Source: Candidatus Poribacteria bacterium | GTDB taxonomy: Bacteria; Poribacteria; WGA-4E; UBA9662 | Direction: 5' to 3' | Length of the DNA: 64,000 nt | NCBI GenBank assembly: GCA_046582655.1 | Contig: JAYGDX010000346.1 | Span: forward strand, 46,999-110,998 | Shown here: one piece after another, positions 40,991 to 51,230 of the stretch | Numbering within the stretch: the stretch's first letter is position 1 | Layout: every line of letters begins with the position of its first letter | Program-made: the position numbers and the translations under genes | The notes under the pieces: generated by a model | What the model was told of the DNA's origin: nothing | Seen by the model: only the letters and a program-made list of their open reading frames with translations | Database searches by the model: none

Positions 40991-41926
40991 TTAGTTATTG
41001 CCTAGTAAAGCCAGATAACTTTCGTAACGAAAAGCGGCGATCTCGCCATGTTTTACCGCTTCGATTATGGCACAACTTGGTTCACGAAGGTGTAGACAGT
41101 CGCTAAATTTACAGGCGCCTATCCGACTTTCTATCTCCGGAAAGTAGCGATCTATATAATCTGGGTTAACTCCCCATAGTCCGACTTCACGCACCCCGGG
41201 CGTATCTGCCACCTCCCCTCCAATCTCAAGGCCGAAAAGTTCAACCAGCGTGGTGGTATGTCGCCCTTTTTTTGCTTTAGATCTGACTTCATTTGTCCGT
41301 AATCCTAGACCGGGCTGGACCGCATTAAGCAAACTCGACTTCCCGACTCCGGAGGAGCCAACAATGACACTAAACTGTCCTTTTAAAACTGAGCGTAGTA
41401 GATCTATGCTTTCTGGATGGTGAATACTGGTTGAAATTAATTGATATCCCAGATCTTCGTAAGCTTGAAAGATCTCGGAGAATTTTCTCTGTTCAGATTC
41501 ATTTAGCAGATCAATTTTATTAATGCAGATAACGGGATCTATGTTTCCCGCTTCAGCAAGGATCAGAAAACGATCTATGAATCGGCAGTTGAGATCAGGT
41601 GAGTGTATCGAACCAACGATTACTGCTTGATCAGCATTAGCCACGATAATCTGTTCGATCTCGCGATTTCGGTTTGGAACCCGACGTGAAAGTTTGGTTC
41701 GGCGCGGTAAAAGATCTTCTATTGATCCTTCTTCATCATCAATTGGCGTAATAATTACCCTGTCTCCAACCGCAATCGGATCAGCATAAATCTGTTTGCC
41801 AATCTCTGAGCGGAGTTTCTTTTTGACAACCCCACGAAGTTGACACCTAAGAACATTATCACCAATTTCGACATCATAAAAACTTGTTCTGGCTGAGATG
41901 ACTCTCCCTTCAATTTTATTTCGCAT
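40991..41926 (-). CDS. rsgA: Ribosome small subunit-dependent GTPase A
   Basis: 'VGDRV', 'NKID', 'GSSGVGKSSL.N', 'GRHTTT', 'DTPG', 'CKFSDC.H..EP.C'. Confidence 0.96.
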   Translation of the reverse strand: MRNKIEGRVISARTSFYDVEIGDNVLRCQLRGVVKKKLRSEIGKQIYADPIAVGDRVIITPIDDEEGSIEDLLPRRTKLSRRVPNRNREIEQIIVANADQAVIVGSIHSPDLNCRFIDRFLILAEAGNIDPVICINKIDLLNESEQRKFSEIFQAYEDLGYQLISTSIHHPESIDLLRSVLKGQFSVIVGSSGVGKSSLLNAVQPGLGLRTNEVRSKAKKGRHTTTLVELFGLEIGGEVADTPGVREVGLWGVNPDYIDRYFPEIESRIGACKFSDCLHLREPSCAIIEAVKHGEIAAFRYESYLALLGNN

Positions 41927-41959
41927 AATATTAAAAAGGCTACTTTAAGCGTGACTTTT

Positions 41960-42763
41960 TTATTTTCCAAACCTCCTTTTTCTATTGCTATAATCGCGGA
42001 TTGCCCGCAGAAAATCAATTTTTCGTAGTGCCGGCCAATGTGTTTCGCAAAAGTAAAATTCTGAATAGACGCTCTGCCATAGCAGAAACCCACCTAGGCG
42101 AATTTCACCACTTGTGCGGATGATTAAATCTGGATCTGGTAATTGGGATGTATAAAGATGTGGTGATATCAGATCAGTTTTTAGTTCGTCCGCAATTTGA
42201 TAAATATCTTTTTTGCTTTCTGCTTCTTTATAAAGATGTTGCTGGATAGCGTCTATAATTTCTTCGCGTCCGCCATATGCAACGGCAATATTCAGGATGA
42301 ATCGATCATAATGCTTGGTTGCTTCTTCCGCGTCATGGATCGCATCTTGAAGGCTAAGCGGTAATAAATTTATTCGTCCCATCGACCGAATTTTAATCTG
42401 GTTTTTGTGTACCTTATGATCATCAGTCATCTCACGCATTTTCTTCTCTATCAGGGTTAGTATATCCATAACTTCTGACTGTTCACGCTTAAAATTATCA
42501 AGTGAAAAGACCCAAATAGTTACAATCTTAATTCCAAATTCATCGCACCAGTCCAAAACTTCTTCCAGTTTATTTGCGCCATCATAATGTCCTTTGACAA
42601 TGTCTGTGAACCCTTGTCTTTTTGCATATCGGCGGTTTCCGTCAAGAATGATCCCTATATGATAGGGAGTCTGCCAATTTTCAGATTGAGTTTCAAGCCT
42701 TTTCTGATAAACAGAGTAGACGAACTTCTTCAGAACCCTTTTTAATTTCTCTCGTAAAGTCAC
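41960..42763 (-). CDS. uppS: cis-isoprenyl diphosphate synthase (UppS family)
   Basis: 'HIGIILDGNRR', 'FSLDNF.R', 'YGGR.EI', 'PDLIIRTSGE.RL.GFLLWQ..YSE'; chain length not determinable. Confidence 0.88.
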   Translation of the reverse strand: MTLREKLKRVLKKFVYSVYQKRLETQSENWQTPYHIGIILDGNRRYAKRQGFTDIVKGHYDGANKLEEVLDWCDEFGIKIVTIWVFSLDNFKREQSEVMDILTLIEKKMREMTDDHKVHKNQIKIRSMGRINLLPLSLQDAIHDAEEATKHYDRFILNIAVAYGGREEIIDAIQQHLYKEAESKKDIYQIADELKTDLISPHLYTSQLPDPDLIIRTSGEIRLGGFLLWQSVYSEFYFCETHWPALRKIDFLRAIRDYSNRKRRFGK

Positions 42764-42891
42764 TTAACCTGTCATTGTCCATAGGATCCAATATATATTG
42801 CATTATAGCATACCAATCCAGTTTGTATAAAGAGAAAAACCATATCCTGGTTGATTAATTGATCCGCATTTTTGATCATGTTATACTCTAC

Positions 42892-44835
42892 ATGATGATA
42901 GGGGAAGTAAAGAAGTCTAATGATTCCATACAAGGGGTAACAGCTAAGTCTATCATCATTGCAATTCTTCTGATCCCAGTTAATTGTTACTGGATAATTG
43001 AGATGGAAGTCATACGTTACTCCGGTCATCCGGTAACGATTTCACTTTTCTTCAATGTTGTCTTTTGTTTATTTCTACTAGTTGGTATCAATCAGATCCT
43101 GAAGCGTTTTTGGCCTGAGCATCAGTTAGATCAAGCTGAATTGGTCGTTATATATCTGATGCTTTCAATTGCATCGGGGATATCAGGCCACGATATGCTT
43201 GAAATTTTGGTGCCGATGCTTGGTCATGCCTTTAGATTCGCTACTGCTGAAAACGAATGGCGGGAGTTAATCATACCGTTTTTGCCAAGTTGGTTGACAG
43301 TCAGTGATCCGAAGCTTCTTCAGGGGTATTATGAAGGTGAAATTAGTCTTTACAATGTCAATCATCTCATAGGTTGGGCTGAGCCAGTATTATGGTGGTC
43401 GACTTTTATTTTCTTTCTCCTGTTCGGCATGCTGTGCATCAATGTCATCTTACGTAAACGGTGGATTGAACAGGAGAAGTTAAGTTATCCGATTATCCAG
43501 CTCCCGCTTGAAATGACTGAGACACAGCATCTAAGATTCTTTCAGAATCGTGCTATGTGGATTGGTTTCTCGATAGCTGGTGGTCTTGCATTGGTAAACG
43601 GACTTAATTTTATTTATCCTGTTGTACCGGAGTTACGGACGCGGATCCAGAGTTTCCGACTGTTCACAGAACCTCCATGGGACGCCATGGGCGGGATTCC
43701 CATATCAGCGTATCCTTTTGCTATTGGGCTAGGTTTTTTTATACCGCTAGATTTATCTTTTTCCTGTTGGTTTTTCTTCTGGTTCTGGCGGATGATGCGT
43801 GTCCTCGGGTCGGCACTGGGATTACAGGCGCTACCGAGATTTCCATATACCAATGAACAGGCGTCCGGAGGGTATATTGCTCTTTGTGTTATTGCTATTT
43901 GGGCGAGCCGAGCTCATCTCGTTAACGTGTTAAAGGTTACATTAAAAGATGATGATATGGCCATAGACCAAGAAGAGCCAATTCGTTATCGAACAGCTGT
44001 TCTGGGTTTAGTTGCTGTCTTTGTGTTTATGGTCTTTTTCTGTTATCAAGGTGGCGGTACGATTTGGATTACTCTTATATTTTTTGCCTTTTACTATGCC
44101 ATCTCAATAGCAATTACGCGTATGCGTGCCGAATTGGGTACGCCTGTTCATGATCTGCATTACTCTGGGCCAGACCAAATTCTGACCAAGTCGATTGGTA
44201 CCCGAAACCTTGGACGCGGTAATCTGGCTATGTTTTCGATGTTTTGGTTTATCAACCGTGCTTATCGAAGTCACCCGATGCCGCACCAACTTGAAGGTTT
44301 TAAGATTGCTGAGCGCACCCGAATGAATCTTCGCCGAATGGTGTTGGCGCTGATGATTGCGGCAGTGGTAGGAGCCTTGTCTGGTTTCTGGGCATTGATA
44401 GATCGTGGGTACTGGATTGGCATGGAGGTGCGAGCATACTGGCCTTCACTTAGTGCTTTTGGTATCGAACCCTATCGACGCCTTGACGGATGGTTGAGTG
44501 CTCCCACCGATACCTTGGTTCCTGATACTTCATTCATGGTACTGGGATTTTTTGTTACCACGGTGTTGATGGCTTGCCGTATGAAGTTCGTATGGTGGCC
44601 ATTTCATCCGGCAGGGTTTGCGATTTCCACCAGTTGGGGAATGAATGTTACGTGGAGTTGCCTTTTCCTGAGTTGGTTGATTAAATGGATTGTACTGAAG
44701 CATGGCGGGATTGGTGTGCATCGTAAAGCGGCACCATTCTTTTTGGGGTTGATTCTTGGTGAATTTACTGTTGGCAGTTTGTGGACGATTTTTGGTATTC
44801 TTGCCAAAATTCCAACTTATGGTTTCTGGGTTTAA
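42892..44835 (+). CDS. DUF6785/DUF6784-like polytopic membrane protein (paralog of 34407-36275)
   Basis: Shares 'GHDML', 'EKLSYPI.QLP', 'FFIPLDLSFS', 'TRMRAELG.P.H', 'YRSHPMPHQLEGFK', 'WPFHPAGF'. Confidence 0.78.
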   Translation: MMIGEVKKSNDSIQGVTAKSIIIAILLIPVNCYWIIEMEVIRYSGHPVTISLFFNVVFCLFLLVGINQILKRFWPEHQLDQAELVVIYLMLSIASGISGHDMLEILVPMLGHAFRFATAENEWRELIIPFLPSWLTVSDPKLLQGYYEGEISLYNVNHLIGWAEPVLWWSTFIFFLLFGMLCINVILRKRWIEQEKLSYPIIQLPLEMTETQHLRFFQNRAMWIGFSIAGGLALVNGLNFIYPVVPELRTRIQSFRLFTEPPWDAMGGIPISAYPFAIGLGFFIPLDLSFSCWFFFWFWRMMRVLGSALGLQALPRFPYTNEQASGGYIALCVIAIWASRAHLVNVLKVTLKDDDMAIDQEEPIRYRTAVLGLVAVFVFMVFFCYQGGGTIWITLIFFAFYYAISIAITRMRAELGTPVHDLHYSGPDQILTKSIGTRNLGRGNLAMFSMFWFINRAYRSHPMPHQLEGFKIAERTRMNLRRMVLALMIAAVVGALSGFWALIDRGYWIGMEVRAYWPSLSAFGIEPYRRLDGWLSAPTDTLVPDTSFMVLGFFVTTVLMACRMKFVWWPFHPAGFAISTSWGMNVTWSCLFLSWLIKWIVLKHGGIGVHRKAAPFFLGLILGEFTVGSLWTIFGILAKIPTYGFWV

Positions 44836-44865
44836 ATGTTGTTTGTGTTATGGAAAGGAAGGGGC

Positions 44866-45642
44866 TTGATTCTCGACAAGATTGTTAAACATAAGATGGA
44901 AGAGTTGGAACATGCTCGGAGACACGTTCCGTTACAGGAACTGAAAGCACAGGTTGATCATCTGGCACCGACGCGTGATTTTCGCTCTGCGATCAGTACA
45001 CCAGATCAAATAAACTTAATTGCCGAGATTAAAAAAAAATCACCCAGCAAAGGGATTATTCGCCAAGATTTTGATTACATCCGGATTGCTAAAATATATT
45101 CGGAGCATGGTGCCTCGGCAATATCCGTTTTGACAGATAGCCGATTTTTCGCTGGCCAACTCAACTACCTCTCCGAGATTCACGCGATGGTTGCTCTACC
45201 GCTTCTGCGTAAGGATTTCACCATAGATCCTTACCAGGTGTATGAGGCGCGCGCTGCCGGGGCAGATGCGATTTTACTTATCGTCGCAATTTTATCTTTT
45301 AACCAGGTCAGGGAGTTTATGAAAATTGCGGAAAGTTTAGATCTTGCGTGTTTAGTTGAAGTGCATACAACGGAAGAATTAGATATCGCACTTCAGGCGG
45401 ATGCGGAAATTATCGGCATCAACAACAGAAATTTGAAGGTGTTTAAAACGGATTTGTCCACAACTTTTCGTCTCACTCAACAGATTCCCCAAGGTAAAAT
45501 TGTCATAAGTGAAAGTGGCATCAATTCTAGGGACGATGTCATCAAGTTGCGCCAAGCAGGTGTTAATGCTATTCTCGTCGGTGAATCGCTGATGCGAAGT
45601 CCTGATATTGGCTTAAAGGTAAATGAACTTCTAGAACCATAA
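44866..45642 (+). CDS. trpC: Indole-3-glycerol phosphate synthase
   Basis: 'IAEIKK.SPSKG', 'SVLTD..FF.G', 'LRKDF', 'LVEVH', 'GINNRNL', 'SESGI', 'VGESLM'. Confidence 0.96.
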   Translation: MILDKIVKHKMEELEHARRHVPLQELKAQVDHLAPTRDFRSAISTPDQINLIAEIKKKSPSKGIIRQDFDYIRIAKIYSEHGASAISVLTDSRFFAGQLNYLSEIHAMVALPLLRKDFTIDPYQVYEARAAGADAILLIVAILSFNQVREFMKIAESLDLACLVEVHTTEELDIALQADAEIIGINNRNLKVFKTDLSTTFRLTQQIPQGKIVISESGINSRDDVIKLRQAGVNAILVGESLMRSPDIGLKVNELLEP

Positions 45643-47429
45643 TGAACAGGATATGGGATAGTTTTTGGATAGTTTTTTCTATATTCTTCCCGCTTGGAGT
45701 GGGTATTCCCGGTTTTACCGCAATTGATATTGAATCGTTGGAACTCGGTTATGATCAACTGTACAAACGTAATCGCTGGGTTTCTGCTCGAGTTCTGGTT
45801 ACAAGCCACGGCGAGGATTTTGAAGGGCATGTTAAAGTGGAAGTTAATGACATCTCTTCTGAGACGTTAATTGGAAGCTATTTTATCCCGCTTAAACTGC
45901 AGTATACAGATCGACAGCGACGAATAATACCTATTCTCCTTCCCAGCGCTCGATCTAGCCTGAAACTGCAACTGATTAACCTTCAAAATCACGTGCGGCT
46001 CTCTCGGCAGGTAGTGACTAAAATCCCGCGGCGGCTATCAGATCTCTTTGTACTAGTCGTTTCGTCCAATCGTGATGGGTTACACCGTCTTCACAAGCAA
46101 CCAATAGACCAAGAACCTGCCGGTAATATATTTATCGGATATACGGTTCCTAGCGATTTGCCGACTAATTGGAAAGGCTATGATTCGATTGATACATTGG
46201 TTGTCAGAAACATTCCGTTGTCTGATCAGTATCTTCTCAAAGATCAACAAACCGCCATGCTCGATTGGGTTCAAAATGGTGGAGTTCTGATTTTGTCAGG
46301 TGGGAGAGATTTTTACAGAATAAAAGAAAGTTTTTTGCGTTCATATTTGCCAGTTAGCCTGTCGAGCCTGCAAACAGAAAATAAAATACCGGAATCTATT
46401 GCCCAGCATTTTGATGTTTCATCGGTGATCCCGTTTGACAAGATCAATTTTGTGTTAAGGCCATGCGGAGAAGTTTTGATTGGTAGCGCAGGTTCGATCC
46501 ATGTAGCGAAGTCCATGTTTGGTAGCGGAGCCATAATTAACCTGTCTTTTGATTACGCATCACCACCATTTTCTGATGTAGCGTTTACCAATCAGTTTTG
46601 GTCATTTATGATTGCGGGTCAAGGTAGGTCAGCACGACATGATGAATACAGGTTCGATCCATTTCGAAAGCATAGCGAAAAGATTTTAAAACAACTCCGA
46701 ACACTGAAGCCAAAAGATCTTCCTTTAATCAAGTTCATCATTTTTTTCTTATTGATGTATTTGTTGGTGTTAGGAGGTATTACTTTCTTGGGAAGGAATT
46801 ATAAGGCTCAAATTTTTTGGCTGACTAGTTTGATTATGCCGCTTCTATTTTCAAGCGCGGTAATTTTTTGGGACGTTTTTGTTCCCTCTGTGGTTTCTGT
46901 TCGTCAATTGTCGGTTTTATCCGTCTTTCCGGACAGAGGTCGAGCATATTTGCAAAGCTATATTGGTTTGATTGGTTCTGCAAATGTACAGGTGCCAGTT
47001 GATTTTGGAAAAAATGCTTTTGTTCAGCTATTAACGGGCACGGCATCATCACCGGTTAAATTGCTTTGGTCGAACACCTCTCGGCTGAATTCAATAAACG
47101 CTAGTCCATGGTTTGTGCGTTCGTATTTAATTGAAAGTTTCATTGACTTGCAACTTGCAGATCTGCCGAAACTGGAAAACGAATTCAATGCAGGTCAAAT
47201 GAAGCAATTTGCCAAGCGCACTGTTGGTATCAGAAGAGAATTTGTGAAGATTATCAGCAGTGAAGGGGCGTTAAGATACTTGGAAAAAGGGAATATGGTC
47301 AAACAAATAGGATGGACGAAGCAATCCTTTTTACCGATTTCATCCAACGTGAGAACAAAGGTGTCTGCGGAAACATTGGTTCTTATTTATGATACTGATT
47401 CATGTATATTGACAAGCACAAGGGATTAA
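45642..47429 (+). CDS. Hypothetical exported/membrane protein with glutamine-amidotransferase-like domain
   Basis: 'LP..W.GY..ID.LV', 'A...WV..GG.L..SGG', 'G.G.I'; two internal TM helices. Confidence 0.65.
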   Translation: MNRIWDSFWIVFSIFFPLGVGIPGFTAIDIESLELGYDQLYKRNRWVSARVLVTSHGEDFEGHVKVEVNDISSETLIGSYFIPLKLQYTDRQRRIIPILLPSARSSLKLQLINLQNHVRLSRQVVTKIPRRLSDLFVLVVSSNRDGLHRLHKQPIDQEPAGNIFIGYTVPSDLPTNWKGYDSIDTLVVRNIPLSDQYLLKDQQTAMLDWVQNGGVLILSGGRDFYRIKESFLRSYLPVSLSSLQTENKIPESIAQHFDVSSVIPFDKINFVLRPCGEVLIGSAGSIHVAKSMFGSGAIINLSFDYASPPFSDVAFTNQFWSFMIAGQGRSARHDEYRFDPFRKHSEKILKQLRTLKPKDLPLIKFIIFFLLMYLLVLGGITFLGRNYKAQIFWLTSLIMPLLFSSAVIFWDVFVPSVVSVRQLSVLSVFPDRGRAYLQSYIGLIGSANVQVPVDFGKNAFVQLLTGTASSPVKLLWSNTSRLNSINASPWFVRSYLIESFIDLQLADLPKLENEFNAGQMKQFAKRTVGIRREFVKIISSEGALRYLEKGNMVKQIGWTKQSFLPISSNVRTKVSAETLVLIYDTDSCILTSTRD

Positions 47430-47693
47430 GCCACACTTAGGGCAGCCGCTTGCGTACATTTCAACTGTCTTATCAAGGTCTATATCCAATAGGCTAGCTA
47501 GTGTTGAAAGCCAGGCAAAAACATTGGCGAACTCCTCGAACAGCCGTTCTTTATTACGTGGTTCGTGCCGAATTTCCCTGGCAAGTTCACCTACCTCTTC
47601 TGTAAACCAGACAAAATTACGGTCAACTCCACGCTGAGAATCTCGATCCAAATATATATTCTCAATCAACTGCTGAAATTCGCTGATTTTCAT
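47400..47693 (-). CDS. MazG-like nucleotide pyrophosphohydrolase
   Basis: 'EFQ..I..IY..RD..RG', 'W..EEVGELA', 'EEFANV.AWL', C-terminal CxxC..CxC. Confidence 0.85.
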   Translation of the reverse strand: MKISEFQQLIENIYLDRDSQRGVDRNFVWFTEEVGELAREIRHEPRNKERLFEEFANVFAWLSTLASLLDIDLDKTVEMYASGCPKCGLIPCACQYT

Positions 47694-47753
47694 TGCTGAT
47701 CCTAATTCTTGCAATGTTTGCATTTGTACAGAAAACCTGATTTTAAAGTGCCA

Positions 47754-48686
47754 TTATTCGATCAAAAGATTCATTAAACCATCAGGACGACAAATATCGG
47801 TGGCATCTTCTCTGGATAGTTTGAAGTAACCATCTGCGTGTTCGATAGGTCTTTGCGTTAATAATACTGCGGACTTATCATCGCGATGTATCAGATGAAC
47901 GTGACGGCGGTTATTAATACTATGCATATTAATAAAATCATATAGGATTTTTGGTATCGAGCTTAATTGGTTGTCTTTGTGAGGATGGTAGCGTTCTACC
48001 AATAGAGAAGAACTATTTTTTTCGGCGGCGGTGTTGCTTCTCGCATGGTGGTTGAAAATGTGGTAGACTCGTGCGTTGGCAGGCGTTACTAGCTTAGCCC
48101 ACACCTTTTTAACTCCCTGCAGTGATCCCTCGAACGGCTGAAAATAATCTGATGTATGGACTTTGATATCAGCAATTTGGTTTGAGTTTGGGATATACTG
48201 GCAGACTAAGGAGTGTGACGATTCAAATGGTAACAGAAAATACGCGTGTTCTACATTCGTATCAATAAAAAGCTTGGTAAATTCAGTAAAAGTTTGGATT
48301 TCCTGGCAAGGTTTATCTGGTTTCTGCAGTGAGTAAAACCAGAAAGAAAAGCGAGCGTTGATGCTTTCATATGTTTCACTGATGGCGTTTTCAAGCTGAA
48401 CTGCATCTTCGTAAATTTGGTCAATCAATGTTCCTGCCAGAAAATCAGCATTGTCAATCGTTCTTTCGACGATGGATCTAATATTACGAATGATATGCTC
48501 TTTTCGATCTGCGGCTGTCTCGAAGTAAAGGGGGGAGGAAGTAATGCGATCCAGCTCCCAAAGTGCGCTAGTTGTTTTCTCTAAATCACTTACAGATAAA
48601 TTGAGCATTGATTTGATGTTTCTGATCTGTTGGGAGAGCGCATTTAGTTCGGATGAATCGGACTTAATCAACCACTTTTGTTGCAT
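47754..48686 (-). CDS. Hypothetical protein
   Basis: 310-aa ORF, no recognised family. Confidence 0.7.
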   Translation of the reverse strand: MQQKWLIKSDSSELNALSQQIRNIKSMLNLSVSDLEKTTSALWELDRITSSPLYFETAADRKEHIIRNIRSIVERTIDNADFLAGTLIDQIYEDAVQLENAISETYESINARFSFWFYSLQKPDKPCQEIQTFTEFTKLFIDTNVEHAYFLLPFESSHSLVCQYIPNSNQIADIKVHTSDYFQPFEGSLQGVKKVWAKLVTPANARVYHIFNHHARSNTAAEKNSSSLLVERYHPHKDNQLSSIPKILYDFINMHSINNRRHVHLIHRDDKSAVLLTQRPIEHADGYFKLSREDATDICRPDGLMNLLIE

Positions 48687-48855
48687 ACGAAATATTTATT
48701 TATGCTTTATTTTGAAGCTCATGCTATAATTTGGAGTTGGCTACGAGATGAGTAACTGTAACTTTACGACAATTTAAGGAAATTATATAATAGATCTCTA
48801 GCATAAGTCAAAGAAACAGAAGTTCGGATATTTTTTCGGGTCCACATATTTCCAA

Positions 48856-48881
48856 GAATCTAGCTGCACCCAGCTAGATTC
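48856..48881. repeat. Perfect 11-bp inverted repeat in a divergent intergenic region
   Basis: GAATCTAGCTG-CACC-CAGCTAGATTC, no U-tract. Confidence 0.7.
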
Positions 48882-48977
48882 ACTACTTAACATGCAAAAG
48901 GTCTGATGAATAACGGAAAATGGAATGGTTAGTTTTACGTTCTTGATAATAGTTCATTTGGGTTTTAGGGGATAAGA

Positions 48978-51113
48978 ATGGCAAATTGGGGCGAGTTCAT
49001 TAATCAAACACTCACGAAATTTTCAGGTGTGGCAAAAGCAGAGGCTCTTCCACAACTTGTTGCAATTGAATCAGATAAGCCGTCCAGTAAATTGACCCTC
49101 TACGAAGGACCGACAAAGCGGCGCGTGCGACAGGTAAAACAAAGTTTAAGTTATCAGCTGTTCGAAAAGATGAGAAGGCAAACACTGAGTTGGAGATCTT
49201 ATTATTACTACGATGGCTTTGAAATTCCGCGCATTGCAATTACAAACGATAATGCAACCGGTACAAATGTTACAAATAAACGGTATTTTGTTGGGTATGA
49301 GCAGATTATTGACGCAGATATTTACAGCGATGTAAGTGGATCGAAAATCCTGGTTGATGTGAATGGCTTACAACATGTAGAACGGGATTTGTTTGATCAA
49401 ATTGAATCTGGTGAAGTGGCGTTTCAGGTGTATAATAAGCTATTTCCATTAGAGATCTGGTACGATGACAATCAGCAGCATGTGGAAAAATTGCACTTTT
49501 TGGGAAAACAGAAAATTTACATAGATAGTAAAAAAGGCTACTTACTAAGATCTTTTCGTAATTTAGGTGCGGAAGGTTTTTCAGCATTGTCAAGCCGGTT
49601 ACTCGCACAGGAAGGCGTTTCGGTTGATTCGAAGAACGCCATTGAATCTTTGCTGATTGAACTTGGCAGTGAAGACCTTCTCCAGCATTACCAATCTGCT
49701 TTAAACGTGTACAATCAACAATCTTCACTTCGTCGTTCTCCGAAGGACTTAGCAAACGGAACGGCACCGCTTATTATCACCGAATCAAAGCAGGGAAGTC
49801 AGTTTAGCAGGAATGTGATAGAATTTTCACCAGATGAAGTTATCGGTGATGAAAGTTTTGAGCAACTTGCCTTGGTGATGAATTCTCACTTTTCTGAGAT
49901 TGAGGAGGAACTCCTATATATTAGCCTTTCTTCTATTGGACTTGATCGGGCAGCTGTGATTGATGGTTGTTCAATATTGAGAGATAAACTTTATGAATAT
50001 GCAAAAATTGCATTTCTGGAGGAACAGCGACTCGAAAATTTTTATCCGTTTGTCACTGCATTAGTGGAAGAACAAGATATGGATGGTTCTGAGGAGAGAG
50101 AATATCCAGTTTTAGAAGATGAAGCATACGAAGGAATGTTCATTGATCTCATGGAGGATATCGGTAATATGGCCAATGATTACCGATATCAGGCTTATCC
50201 GCCCATTATGGATCAACTCGATGAATTACAGGCACCGATTCAGTCTTTAGCCTATGCACTTGAGGACGCAAACGTGATGCAACGTCGCCGTGAAATTAGC
50301 GACCGCCGTGAAATCCTAACACAGCAAGCTTTCGAGTTACCAAATCCACGTTCTTATAATGTTCAGGTTGAGGAAGATCAACTGAGTTATTATGATAAGT
50401 TGATCGCAATTCGCGAAAATATCGACGCAATTCGCAATCAGATGAGGTGGTCAATCTATGACATTGCATCTAGTCTGTTGGAATCATCGTATATTTTATT
50501 ACAGCATTTCTTAAAGGATTTTCCAGATCTTGAATCCGTTTCCGTGAATCTTTTGGACCTAATCAGGCGAGCAGATTTAAACGCTGCAACGCAGGAATTT
50601 GAGCTTGAGTTAATCGAAAATATTACCTTAATATCAAGTGAGATCCATAGTAAGGTCAATAATGAATTATCCGGAAAACTGCAAAAAATTGCGGTAGAGA
50701 TGGAAGAAATAATTGAATCTAATGAGTGGTATATTGGAGAGGAATGGACACCTCGATATACTGATTTCGTTAATCAAGAGGTGGCAGTCTTCAACCAGCG
50801 AATACGACAGGTGGCATTTGAGCGATACGATGAAATATCCAAGCAGATTGATGCTCGATTTCAACTGGTAGATATATTTATTAGTGGTGTCAGTGTTCCG
50901 GCACTTTTACCATCCCAACTTCATGAATCTGGGGATGGTCTTCAGACTTTCTTGGTTCAAGAATTACAGAAATATTTGAATTCACAAAATTTACAACTTC
51001 ATACTGTTCCCGGTCGTGAACAACAGTTAAGATCCCTCCTGAACGAATTAATGCCTCAGAAATTACAGGGGAGGTTTGAACAACTGGAGTATTTCTTCGT
51101 TAGTACTGCTTAA
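48978..51113 (+). CDS. Hypothetical protein, acidic and largely helical
   Basis: 711-aa ORF with RBS-like AGGGG; E/L/Q-rich C-terminal two thirds; no recognised family. Confidence 0.75.
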   Translation: MANWGEFINQTLTKFSGVAKAEALPQLVAIESDKPSSKLTLYEGPTKRRVRQVKQSLSYQLFEKMRRQTLSWRSYYYYDGFEIPRIAITNDNATGTNVTNKRYFVGYEQIIDADIYSDVSGSKILVDVNGLQHVERDLFDQIESGEVAFQVYNKLFPLEIWYDDNQQHVEKLHFLGKQKIYIDSKKGYLLRSFRNLGAEGFSALSSRLLAQEGVSVDSKNAIESLLIELGSEDLLQHYQSALNVYNQQSSLRRSPKDLANGTAPLIITESKQGSQFSRNVIEFSPDEVIGDESFEQLALVMNSHFSEIEEELLYISLSSIGLDRAAVIDGCSILRDKLYEYAKIAFLEEQRLENFYPFVTALVEEQDMDGSEEREYPVLEDEAYEGMFIDLMEDIGNMANDYRYQAYPPIMDQLDELQAPIQSLAYALEDANVMQRRREISDRREILTQQAFELPNPRSYNVQVEEDQLSYYDKLIAIRENIDAIRNQMRWSIYDIASSLLESSYILLQHFLKDFPDLESVSVNLLDLIRRADLNAATQEFELELIENITLISSEIHSKVNNELSGKLQKIAVEMEEIIESNEWYIGEEWTPRYTDFVNQEVAVFNQRIRQVAFERYDEISKQIDARFQLVDIFISGVSVPALLPSQLHESGDGLQTFLVQELQKYLNSQNLQLHTVPGREQQLRSLLNELMPQKLQGRFEQLEYFFVSTA

Positions 51114-51230
51114 GAGAAGAAACGTGGGTTCTTAGTTCGTGCTATTAACCTTTGGTACTGGTTGATGACTGGATCTATGGTTTTAAACTGGTAGCAGAGG
51201 GTATTAATTGCAAATATCCAAAATTGAAGG

